Of a stretch of 44,678 bases of DNA, positions 33,703 through 41,616 are shown piece by piece. The notes under the pieces were generated by a model. That model ran no database searches, was not told the DNA's origin, and saw only the letters and a list, made by a program, of their open reading frames with translations. Source of the stretch: a virus (Duplodnaviria > Caudoviricetes); the IMG/VR virus record IMGVR_UViG_3300037424_001811, positions 1-44,678 of that record; one strand, 5' to 3'. Made by a program: the position numbers and the translations under genes. The first letter of the stretch is position 1, and each line of letters starts with the position of its first letter.

Positions 33703-35203
33703 TGTCGCCTCCCATCGACCGTTCCAATAATTCCCGCGCCGGCGTCACTCCCCGTGTCTCATCGTCGGCCACCGGCTCGCCGTCCCCATCGCCCTGCACC
33801 GGCTCCGGCGGCGCTGGCTGGCGGCGTGGCTCCTCCTCCTCCGGCGCGTGGCCTACCGTCATCATGGCAAATTCCTCCTGGCCGATGATCCCGGCGTCGT
33901 ACAGCGCCTGGCCGTTGGTAATTTTTAGCTGCAACGTCTGTTGATCCCGCAGCTCCTCACTGGCCCGCAGCTCGGCAAATCGAAACTCTACCCGCGCCTG
34001 GATGCCCTGGGCCTGGAGCATCACCGTCAAGAGGCGTTGCAGTAAGCTCTCTAATAAATGCTGGATCGACTTGATCCCCGCCGCGTGCAGCTCCCACTGC
34101 CGATTAGCGTGCGTTTCGCTGCCGCCCTCCTGTAGGCCCATCAGCAGCGGCATTGTTTTCAGCGCCCGGGTGATCATCCGCTCCAGGGCCACGATCAGCC
34201 CGTCAACCGCGCCCAACGAGCTGGCGTCTACTGTGCCGACGGGCCGGTTGACCGCCACCACGTCGGTGTGTACGTAGGCGTCATCCGGTTCCAACGAGCC
34301 GTACACATCGCCGATCTCGGTAATGATCGCATCGACCCAATTTTTGAATTGCTCCGTGCCCAGGGTGATGTCCTCCGGAGTCATTTCCAGCAGCTTCTCC
34401 ATTTCCACGGCCAGATCCAACCGGGGGTAACCCTGCTGTTGGACCACCCGCCGCAGATCGTGGAGCATCCCCAGGATAAAAATGGAAATAAAAATGGCCG
34501 GGGAGACCAGCGAGCGCCCGTAGGGTGAATTGGGCAGCGGATCGATGGGGATATATGAGATAGTAGGCGAGGTCAAATCAACCCAGCCCCTGGCCTGAAA
34601 TTGCCCCAACTGATAAATTGTCCCCCTTACCGGATCGACCACCTTCCGAAATCGGGCGCTGTATGGATCAGGCGTCGCCAGGTCCACCGGCAACCGGCCC
34701 ACGTCGTCGAGTACGATCTCGGCAAAAAACGCGCCGCGCAGAAATCCGGCCAGGACCAACCGGTTGAGGACTACATCGACAGACCCATAGAGTTGTTCTA
34801 GTTGAGCAAGGAACGCATCGACCGCCTCCTGCCCGCGCCGCTCGGCCCGCTCCGAATTGAGCCGGTAGGCATTGCACTCCCACCCGGAATTGAACATCCG
34901 AATAAAATCGAACAGCGCCCGGCTGATCTCCGGTGATAGATCGACCAGGTAGGCGACCAGGTCCGCCGGGGACATGGTACTCAGGGTGCTCGCGTCCAGG
35001 TCCAGCGTTCGCCACTCGCTGTCGGCATCCGGCGGCGGCACAATATTGAGCGTCGAGACAAAGGGCAGCTCGCCACTGCTATTGACCGAGGCCCGCGCCC
35101 GTTTGCCGGTGATGGGCCGGCGGGCGGAGGAGGGCGGCGCGGGCGGAGTTTTACTGCTGAAGAGATTTTTTAATCCGTCGATCCAACTCATTTGGGGTTC
35201 CAT
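33686..35203 (-). CDS. Portal protein
   Basis: 505 aa directly after TerL; PYGRSL motif; helical C-terminus. Confidence 0.85.
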   Translation of the reverse strand: MEPQMSWIDGLKNLFSSKTPPAPPSSARRPITGKRARASVNSSGELPFVSTLNIVPPPDADSEWRTLDLDASTLSTMSPADLVAYLVDLSPEISRALFDFIRMFNSGWECNAYRLNSERAERRGQEAVDAFLAQLEQLYGSVDVVLNRLVLAGFLRGAFFAEIVLDDVGRLPVDLATPDPYSARFRKVVDPVRGTIYQLGQFQARGWVDLTSPTISYIPIDPLPNSPYGRSLVSPAIFISIFILGMLHDLRRVVQQQGYPRLDLAVEMEKLLEMTPEDITLGTEQFKNWVDAIITEIGDVYGSLEPDDAYVHTDVVAVNRPVGTVDASSLGAVDGLIVALERMITRALKTMPLLMGLQEGGSETHANRQWELHAAGIKSIQHLLESLLQRLLTVMLQAQGIQARVEFRFAELRASEELRDQQTLQLKITNGQALYDAGIIGQEEFAMMTVGHAPEEEEPRRQPAPPEPVQGDGDGEPVADDETRGVTPARELLERSMGGDNGHTT

Positions 35204-36546
35204 CCTTTCGCTGCACGCTGAGCTAAAGCCGCCTGCGGGCGGCGGTTATCTACGAAGCCGAAACGGTCCACCAGGCCATAGGCGATGGCTTTCATCGAGT
35301 GATTGTGCTCATCACGCGGCATATCGTCCGTCGCGTTCCCGTCGCGGTCGGTGGGCCGTTTATATTTTTTGTATTCCTCCAGGGTGTTTTTACAGCGGGG
35401 ATCGTGAAACAGGCGCGGGTGGCGCTGGCCGTCCGGCCCCAGCTCGCCCTGCAAAAAACTACGGTGGCGAGCAATACCATCCAGGATACCAATCTCCTGG
35501 GAGTAGGGCCGTTTGCCCGTCTCGGCCCGCCAGATTTCCTCGGCCGATTTCTCGGCGTGATGCTGCCGGCCGGCAAAATCAATGACCAGCCGGCGCACAT
35601 TCCCCCACCAGGGCCGCCGCTTGGCTATGTCGATGACCTGCTGGTGGGTGTGCATATTCAGGTAGATTTCGTCGATCAGCCACACCTCCGGCCCGTGGAA
35701 CTGGACCGCCAAAATCACATAGGCGCTGGGGTAATAGCCGGGGTCGATCCACAGATGGACCGGCTTTTCCGGGTCAGACAAACAGGGCCGCACGTGTTCG
35801 GCATAGGAAAATTCCGGGAATACCAACGCCTTGCTGGGCACGCGCCTGGCCGCTACGGTGCGCTGAAATTCGTCATCGGGGAGGATGGTCCGCAGCCGCG
35901 CGATTTCCGGGTCGTTCTCCCCGCCGGGATAGAGATGGATATTCGACCAGGCCGGCAGGCTGCACGTCTCTCCCTGCCAGGGGTTGCCCGGCGCCTGCAA
36001 TTCATCGACCAGAGCCGCATACCAACCGAAATTATCATGGAGCGTACCCGACAGGATGACCATCCCCCGCGCCCGCGTTGCCCGGCGCACAGCGGCCAAA
36101 AAAACCGAATACGAGGCAATTATCCCGGCCTCACACAGGCAAATAATATCCGGCTCCTCACCCCGGGCGATGACCGAGGCCGCCCCCCGTTCCACCGACA
36201 GGGTAACGATATGGCAGCCGGTGCGCGTCCTCATTTGCCACATCCCGTGGGCCGGCTGGCTCGCCTCGCGCGGGTCCAGCGCGCCGATAGCCGATAATTG
36301 CTCCACCAGGTACTCGAACTCTTTACGGCTGTTGTCGTAGGTTTGCCCCACCAGGTAGACCAGCCGGCACCACGGCACACACGCCGTAATCTCCGAGGCT
36401 GCCACCTGGCTTTTGCCCGCCCCCTCCGCGCCGACGATTTGCAGTACCGTCGCCGCGCTGTGGTGCACCGGCGCTTGCAGTGGCGTCGGCTCGTAGCCGA
36501 TGCGCCGGAAGGTAACGACCTTTTGAGCCACGGTAGGGAAACGCAT
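35188..36546 (-). CDS. terL: Terminase large subunit
   Basis: GAEGAGKS Walker A, ICLCEA Walker B, LSGT motif III, WIDPG nuclease Asp, DEHNHSMKA. Confidence 0.93.
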   Translation of the reverse strand: MRFPTVAQKVVTFRRIGYEPTPLQAPVHHSAATVLQIVGAEGAGKSQVAASEITACVPWCRLVYLVGQTYDNSRKEFEYLVEQLSAIGALDPREASQPAHGMWQMRTRTGCHIVTLSVERGAASVIARGEEPDIICLCEAGIIASYSVFLAAVRRATRARGMVILSGTLHDNFGWYAALVDELQAPGNPWQGETCSLPAWSNIHLYPGGENDPEIARLRTILPDDEFQRTVAARRVPSKALVFPEFSYAEHVRPCLSDPEKPVHLWIDPGYYPSAYVILAVQFHGPEVWLIDEIYLNMHTHQQVIDIAKRRPWWGNVRRLVIDFAGRQHHAEKSAEEIWRAETGKRPYSQEIGILDGIARHRSFLQGELGPDGQRHPRLFHDPRCKNTLEEYKKYKRPTDRDGNATDDMPRDEHNHSMKAIAYGLVDRFGFVDNRRPQAALAQRAAKGWNPK

Positions 36547-37073
36547 CAGGCCGCCTGCCTCAACTCGCTTAACCAGGTCTCCATCGCCGCTCGTTCGTCG
36601 TCATCCCGTTTGCCGTCCCCCCGTGGCCGGTAATCGCCGGTCATCTCCAAAAACAGCTTGCGGTCATTGTGCCCCTTCGCGTCCGGTTGCGTCGCCACCG
36701 CAATCAGCGCCTCGTACACATCCCGCCGGTGCCGCAGCAGCGGCGACGCCTGCACCCAGGCAATGGCATCGGGCACGCCCGGCAGATCGGCGTAGCTTTT
36801 CTGCTCCCATTTCCAGATGGCCCGTACACTGCACCCCAGCACATGCTCGGCCAGTTCCTGCTTTGTGGCCGGTTTGCGGCCCTTGAGCGGCTGGCCGGCC
36901 CAGGCAATATAGACCCAGATCCGCCAGTTGCGGAAATGGGGGAACTGCTCGCGGATGGCAAGGTAATCGTTCCACCAGCCGTACTGCTCCTCCTTCGGCA
37001 GCGCCAATAGTTGCCGGTATGCGCCCCGGCTGATCTGCTGCCCCTGGGTTGCGGGTGATGCCGGAAAATCCAT
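36546..37073 (-). CDS. Terminase small subunit (HTH)
   Basis: PATKQELAEHVLGCSVRAIWKW HTH; DRKLFLEMTG; immediately upstream of TerL. Confidence 0.75.
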   Translation of the reverse strand: MDFPASPATQGQQISRGAYRQLLALPKEEQYGWWNDYLAIREQFPHFRNWRIWVYIAWAGQPLKGRKPATKQELAEHVLGCSVRAIWKWEQKSYADLPGVPDAIAWVQASPLLRHRRDVYEALIAVATQPDAKGHNDRKLFLEMTGDYRPRGDGKRDDDERAAMETWLSELRQAA

Positions 37074-37646
37074 CTACTCCCCTTTGTCCAATTCCTTTTT
37101 TAGCTCGCGCAATTGCCGCCAGCCGGCAGTTGCCTGCTCCAAATTATTCAGCACGTTCAACACCCCCCTGATTTTCAGGCGGGTCCCCTCGTTCAGCGGC
37201 TCCGCCTCCAGAATGTCCAGCAGTTGCGCCCGCGCCCCGCGCACCCGCTCGATGTTGCCGTTCAGGCCGTGGATCAAATCCGCCGCTGCCTGGTTATCCT
37301 CGGCCCGCTGCCACTCGGCCCGCAGCCGGCGCCGCAGCCAGCCCACCAGCACGGCGCTCAGCAGCACGGCGATGGCCACCTGGACCGACCGGCTCGTATC
37401 ATCCAGGACGTACAGACTGTACCCCGCCACAAATATCGCCGCCAGCAACCCGGCCCGCAGGCCGCCGGTGAATGCGCCGAACACCACAAACAGGTACAGC
37501 CAGGACAGGGTGATAGCGTAGCCGAAATACCGCGCGCCCAGATGATACAGCGCGGTAAAAATCACGGTGCTCATAGACCCATAAAATCTTGGAATAGTTA
37601 GAAATTTGGTCATATTAGTTAGAAATGTTAAAATAGATGTAAGCAT
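37074..37646 (-). CDS. Multi-pass membrane protein with C-terminal coiled coil (holin candidate)
   Basis: About 4 hydrophobic segments, GGLRAGLLAA. Confidence 0.65.
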   Translation of the reverse strand: MLTSILTFLTNMTKFLTIPRFYGSMSTVIFTALYHLGARYFGYAITLSWLYLFVVFGAFTGGLRAGLLAAIFVAGYSLYVLDDTSRSVQVAIAVLLSAVLVGWLRRRLRAEWQRAEDNQAAADLIHGLNGNIERVRGARAQLLDILEAEPLNEGTRLKIRGVLNVLNNLEQATAGWRQLRELKKELDKGE

Positions 37647-37722
37647 TGCCGAGGCTCCCTTCGGTAGTGCCCAGGAGTACGGCGGGTGTTTCGAGCGCCC
37701 GCCGCACTCCGCTTGGTTTATT
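37606..37722 (+). ncRNA. Putative cis-antisense sRNA unit to ORF 37074-37646
   Basis: TTGGTC-17-TAAAAT (TG-extended); hairpin cattgccga...tcggtagtg with CTCC loop opposite the RBS; second long hairpin 37673-37710. Confidence 0.55.
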
Positions 37723-38076
37723 GATCGAACCGGCGGATTAACAAATCCGTCCGAATCTCCGTTGCTTTGGCTTCCCTGTACAATTTCTCCAATTCGGTGC
37801 GGATGTCCTGGATTTCGATGATCGTCTGCGGGTCGGTGTCGATGCCCTTGAGCGCCTGCTGCATCTCCAGGATTTGCAGCCGCCGCCCGTAGGCGATAAT
37901 CAATTGGCGGATGTGCCTGGCCTTGACATCGACAAAATTGCGGAAGTCGGCGTGGTCCTGGATGATCTCCTCCAGGTTGGCCCGCAATAGTGCGATCTGC
38001 CCCTCTTTTTTTTTAATTCAACTCGGAGCTGCTGCACCAGGCGTTCAAGCTCTTCGGCGATCTCGTTGGCATCCAT
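37718..38076 (-). CDS. Coiled-coil protein split by a -1 frameshift at A9/A AAA AAG
   Basis: MDANEIAEELERLVQQLRVELKKK joins EGQIALLRANLEEIIQ... in the -1 frame at 38005-38014; fused product ~119 aa. Confidence 0.6.
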
Positions 38077-38077
38077 A

Positions 38078-38153
38078 AAGAAAAAGCCCCAGCCGCACAA
38101 ATATGCGGCGGGGGCTGTTGAAAATTATACTATATGCGGGGTAGTGATGTCAA
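38078..38153 (-). promoter_or_regulatory. Consensus promoter immediately followed by intrinsic terminator (pR'/tR'-like late leader)
   Basis: TTGACA(38153-48)-18-TATAAT(38129-24); agcccc-cgccgca...tgcggc-tggggct + TTTTCTTT. Confidence 0.72.
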
Positions 38154-38255
38154 GCTTGTCATTCCATTCTTCGGTCGAGATTGAAACAACTCGGCCGGAA
38201 GGGGATTTTTAGGTACGGTCTGTTCCAGACAGGTCGTGAATCCAAAACTAAAAGT

Positions 38256-38945
38256 CTACCCCTTCCCATTACTTCGTATACCACTCTTCCCACTCCCCGC
38301 GCTCAATACCACCTCCGCCTCCTCCACCGACAACACCACCCCCGCCGCCCGCTCGAATTCGCGGACCAGGTCCGGCGGCGTCAACACCGGCCCCTGCCAG
38401 CGACCAGCGAACAATCGCGCCTCATCGTCTACCGACATCCACTTCGCTCCTGTTCGTGTATTCATAGATTGTTGTATTTCCCCTGGGTCAACCCCTCGCG
38501 CTATACCAATCAGCATGACCATCAAAGGGTTTAATCCGGTCACAAACATACTCCACGCAACCGCCCCCGTGTCCCCCAGCAGCAGGTCTATCCCCGTCTC
38601 TCGCCGCACACTGGTGGCCGCGAACGCCGTCACGCCGACAATGCTCCCCAGCAGGAGCATCTGGCCAACCGCCAGCACCGACCAATACACCCAGTCGGTC
38701 AGCGACTTGGGCCGCAGCCCTACCCACAGCCGCGATACATACGCCAGCGCCTTGCCCTCTAGCACAGCAAACGCCAACCCAGAGAACACCTCCACCGGCC
38801 CAAACCAGGCCCAGCCGGCCAGATTGAAGCCGATGAAAACGCCGTGGATCAACATCATCCTCAGCGCGGCCACTACAGTGGCCGCGACTAAAAGGCGCTC
38901 CACCGTGCTCTTCCCTACCAACCAGACCAAAAATGATTTACCCAT
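38256..38945 (-). CDS. Multi-pass membrane protein
   Basis: About 4 TM segments; AAGGGAG RBS. Confidence 0.75.
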   Translation of the reverse strand: MGKSFLVWLVGKSTVERLLVAATVVAALRMMLIHGVFIGFNLAGWAWFGPVEVFSGLAFAVLEGKALAYVSRLWVGLRPKSLTDWVYWSVLAVGQMLLLGSIVGVTAFAATSVRRETGIDLLLGDTGAVAWSMFVTGLNPLMVMLIGIARGVDPGEIQQSMNTRTGAKWMSVDDEARLFAGRWQGPVLTPPDLVREFERAAGVVLSVEEAEVVLSAGSGKSGIRSNGKG

Positions 38946-39019
38946 CTCAAAAATTCTCCCTTATAGTTTTCATGGCAGCTCAATCGACCACAATCCGGTT
39001 CAATCGAGCTAAATTATGA

Positions 39020-39715
39020 TCATTTCAACTCACTCGGCCTCAGTTTCTCATATTCCTCCACCCGGCCCCAGGGCTGGCCAGGTACGTAGCGCCGGCTCCG
39101 GGCGTCGTCGGTCGGATACTCGATCCCACCAACGGCTTCCAGGATATCGCAGTAGGCCATCCACAACGGCCGGCCGATTTTCCTACTCCACACCCGCTCC
39201 CCTATCGCGCTCTCTCCCGGTTGCCTTTTCGCATGCAGCGCCTCCACTTTTTGGAGCCATTGCCAGATTTCCGCCCGGTCCACCCACACCCGCATCCCGC
39301 CGCCAATCTCCACCGTCACCCACCAGCCGCGTGAGTGATAGCGCATCACGCCGCTGATGACCTCGCCATCTCCCTCCCCCCAGGCTACACGATGTTTGTC
39401 ATCCCATAGCGTCTCGATAGTGCTCTGCAACTGCCGCACGCCCCAGTCCAAATGCCAGCCGCTCCACAAGCCGGGCCGGGCATACATCCCCCGCCGCGCC
39501 CGCCGGCTGGCCCGCTCGCGGTAGACCAGGCCAATCGGCGCGAACGTCAGCACGCCCACGCCCAGCGCCAGCAGCGCCAGCCACATGCCGATGCGGTTGG
39601 TCGAGCACACCTGCGGCCAGTCCCAATCCACGTAGATGCAGGTGGCGAACAAGCCCAGCCACGCCGCCGGGATGGTGAAGATCAGGGAGGTGAGGGTGTA
39701 CTGAAAAGTTTTCAT
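39020..39715 (-). CDS. Membrane protein (2 TM) with soluble C-terminal domain
   Basis: Two N-terminal hydrophobic helices; ATGA overlap. Confidence 0.72.
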   Translation of the reverse strand: MKTFQYTLTSLIFTIPAAWLGLFATCIYVDWDWPQVCSTNRIGMWLALLALGVGVLTFAPIGLVYRERASRRARRGMYARPGLWSGWHLDWGVRQLQSTIETLWDDKHRVAWGEGDGEVISGVMRYHSRGWWVTVEIGGGMRVWVDRAEIWQWLQKVEALHAKRQPGESAIGERVWSRKIGRPLWMAYCDILEAVGGIEYPTDDARSRRYVPGQPWGRVEEYEKLRPSELK

Positions 39716-40458
39716 TTTCCTTGCTGCAATAAAAGCTGCTGCTTGACCGCCGCCACCAGCGAGCGCGGCTCAGCCAATCCGCGATTGAGATAAATCAATT
39801 TACCTTCGGCCTCACCTAGCCGCTTGTCCATATTCAATAGTGGCACGGCGGCAATTGCCTGGTTGACCCGCGTCTGCTGCTGGGCGATCCGGCCCCGGGC
39901 CTCGACTATCCGCCGGCGCAATCCCTCAGCCTGGATTAGATAAGTTTCTCGCTGGGCGCTCAAAATCCCAATCTCAGCCGCTAACGTTTCATCCTTCTGC
40001 CGTTCGTCCAGCCGATCCAACATGCTGGCGAAAGCGGGGTCATAAAAATGCTGCCCCCGCCCCCCCCCCTCACAGGCTGCTATCTGGGCCTGGAGAAAAT
40101 CACCTTGCTCCAGAAATCCAACTACCAACCGCATCAGCGTACCAGCATACATCCTCGCATCAGTCACCGCCTGCTCAATATCCCCTCGATCCTGCTCCAG
40201 CTTGGCCAGCGCATCCCTAAAGCGGTCAAAAGCCTGACTCATTTCCGGCTCTAATTTCACTGGCTTCGTCGCTAGCGCCGGGGCGATCAGACTCCAGGCC
40301 AACCACACCACCCCGGCCAGCCAGACCCACACCCCAGCATCAAGATAGCTCTGATACGCCACCGGCACCAGCCAGTACACCAACCCGTAAGCAGGCAGAG
40401 CGCCGGCCAGTAACCCGGCCAGATAAACCTTGTTTTTAGCGATTAGGACCGTTTTCAC
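39712..40458 (-). CDS. Membrane-anchored coiled-coil protein
   Basis: Two N-terminal TM helices then long heptad region; GGAGG RBS before GTG 40458. Confidence 0.75.
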   Translation of the reverse strand: MKTVLIAKNKVYLAGLLAGALPAYGLVYWLVPVAYQSYLDAGVWVWLAGVVWLAWSLIAPALATKPVKLEPEMSQAFDRFRDALAKLEQDRGDIEQAVTDARMYAGTLMRLVVGFLEQGDFLQAQIAACEGGGRGQHFYDPAFASMLDRLDERQKDETLAAEIGILSAQRETYLIQAEGLRRRIVEARGRIAQQQTRVNQAIAAVPLLNMDKRLGEAEGKLIYLNRGLAEPRSLVAAVKQQLLLQQGK

Positions 40459-40487
40459 TTTAACCTCCACAAAAACTAAGCGCCGCC

Positions 40488-40590
40488 TTGATCGTGGCAG
40501 CGCCTCATGCTAAAATGGAGACGGCTGCTGCTCGCTCAGCGGCCCGCCCTGGAAGCGGCTTTCATCCGCGACCAGGGCATTTTGATTTTT
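40488..40590 (+). ncRNA. Putative sRNA unit (promoter + 2 hairpins) convergent on the CRISPR array
   Basis: TTGATC-17-TAAAAT (TG-extended); ggctgctg/cagcggcc hairpin; gccctgg/ccagggc + ATTTTGATTTTT. Confidence 0.5.
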
Positions 40591-40609
40591 AACGCCCTCT
40601 GAATTTCCG

Positions 40610-40760
40610 AGGTTCACCCCCACGTGTGTGGGGAAAACGCGCTTGGAATAGAACCCGCCTGGCCAGAGAACGGTTCACCCCCACGTGTGTGGGGAAAACT
40701 AATAAACCACTGCCGACAGTCGCCTGTAGGTCGGTTCACCCCCACGTGTGTGGGGAAAAC
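40610..40760 (-). CRISPR. Type I-E-like CRISPR mini-array: 3 repeats, 2 spacers, no cas genes
   Basis: 29-bp GTTTTCCCCACACACGTGGGGGTGAACCG at 40732-40760, 40671-40699 and 40610-40638 (last base T); 32-nt spacers; 61-bp period. Confidence 0.93.
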
Positions 40761-40761
40761 A

Positions 40762-40785
40762 AGCACTGTAAATATTTACAGTGCT
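40762..40785. repeat. Perfect 24-bp palindrome abutting the first CRISPR repeat
   Basis: agcactgtaaatatttacagtgct. Confidence 0.9.
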
Positions 40786-40786
40786 G

Positions 40787-40966
40787 CTACCCAAACACCC
40801 GCAAAACCATCCCCACGATCACCCCCAGCCCAAACCACAGCGCCGCCCACGCCGCCCGCCGTAGCCATCGCTCCACGCGGGCCAGGCAGCCCGGCGGCTC
40901 ACTAATAGCCACTTGCAGATAGCCGCCGTCGGCGACGCGGGCCGTGGGGCGTTTAGGGTTGGACAT
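40787..40966 (-). CDS. Small membrane protein (59 aa, below ORF-track cutoff)
   Basis: Manual translation MSNPKRPTARVADGGYLQVAISEPPGCLARVERWLRRAAWAALWFGLGVIVGMVLRVFG; GGAG RBS. Confidence 0.65.
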   Translation of the reverse strand: MSNPKRPTARVADGGYLQVAISEPPGCLARVERWLRRAAWAALWFGLGVIVGMVLRVFG

Positions 40967-41171
40967 TGCGTCTCCGTCTGACTGGTTTCGGTCTGGCTTG
41001 TTGCTCTATCTGTCTCAATTCAGCCGCTTGATTTACCATCGTGTGTCGGCATACCTCCAGCGCTCCCGCCGGATTATTCCCGAATTCGGCTATAAGCACA
41101 TACATCGTTCTAATCCCAACCCCAAAGCCGTGCTCGTAAGCATCTGCAAAAGTTTGATATTTATCAGCCAC
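40953..41171 (-). CDS. Hypothetical protein
   Basis: Overlaps both neighbours in the operon. Confidence 0.6.
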   Translation of the reverse strand: MADKYQTFADAYEHGFGVGIRTMYVLIAEFGNNPAGALEVCRHTMVNQAAELRQIEQQARPKPVRRRRNVQP

Positions 41172-41616
41172 GTTGCCCCGCCTCCCATCTCGCTATAAAT
41201 TCCTTCCGCCGGGCCATCACCGCCTTACTCGCCGCCAGTACCTCCGGCAATCCCCGCCCCAGCCGCAGCGCCAGCCACAGCAACGCCTGCCGGCCCGCCG
41301 CTTCCTGCTCCGCCGGGTAATCCCGCGAGCAGACCCATAGCCGCAGGCCGTCCACACGCGGCCAGCCGGCGGCGAGGTAGACCGGACAGCGGGTGGCGTC
41401 CACCAATTGCCAGGCCACGCGCAGCTCGCCGGGGGTGGGGACGTGGCCGAGCGGCTTGATCTCCAGCCACACCTCGGCATCCATCAGCCAAAAATCGGGC
41501 CGATAGCGGATAGCGCGGGCAATGGCCGGCTCCAGGGCCTCGTACAGGTAGGGGGTGTGGAGGTGGTCCAGCAGGGCGGCCCAGGCGTATTCGTTGGGGG
41601 CGCGGTAGTGGGTCAT
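41164..41616 (-). CDS. PD-(D/E)xK-like nuclease
   Basis: E..WA..LD......YE, YRPDFWL...WLEIKP. Confidence 0.78.
   Translation of the reverse strand: MTHYRAPNEYAWAALLDHLHTPYLYEALEPAIARAIRYRPDFWLMDAEVWLEIKPLGHVPTPGELRVAWQLVDATRCPVYLAAGWPRVDGLRLWVCSRDYPAEQEAAGRQALLWLALRLGRGLPEVLAASKAVMARRKEFIARWEAGQRG

Noticed and set aside
35299-36297. 332-aa plus-strand ORF and similar long antisense ORFs (e.g. 23148-23957, 25122-25910, 38236-39012)
   Set aside because: Lie opposite well-supported minus-strand genes; typical high-GC shadow frames
40624-40922. ORFs spanning the CRISPR array
   Set aside because: Translations of the repeats (RFTPTCVGK repeated), not genes
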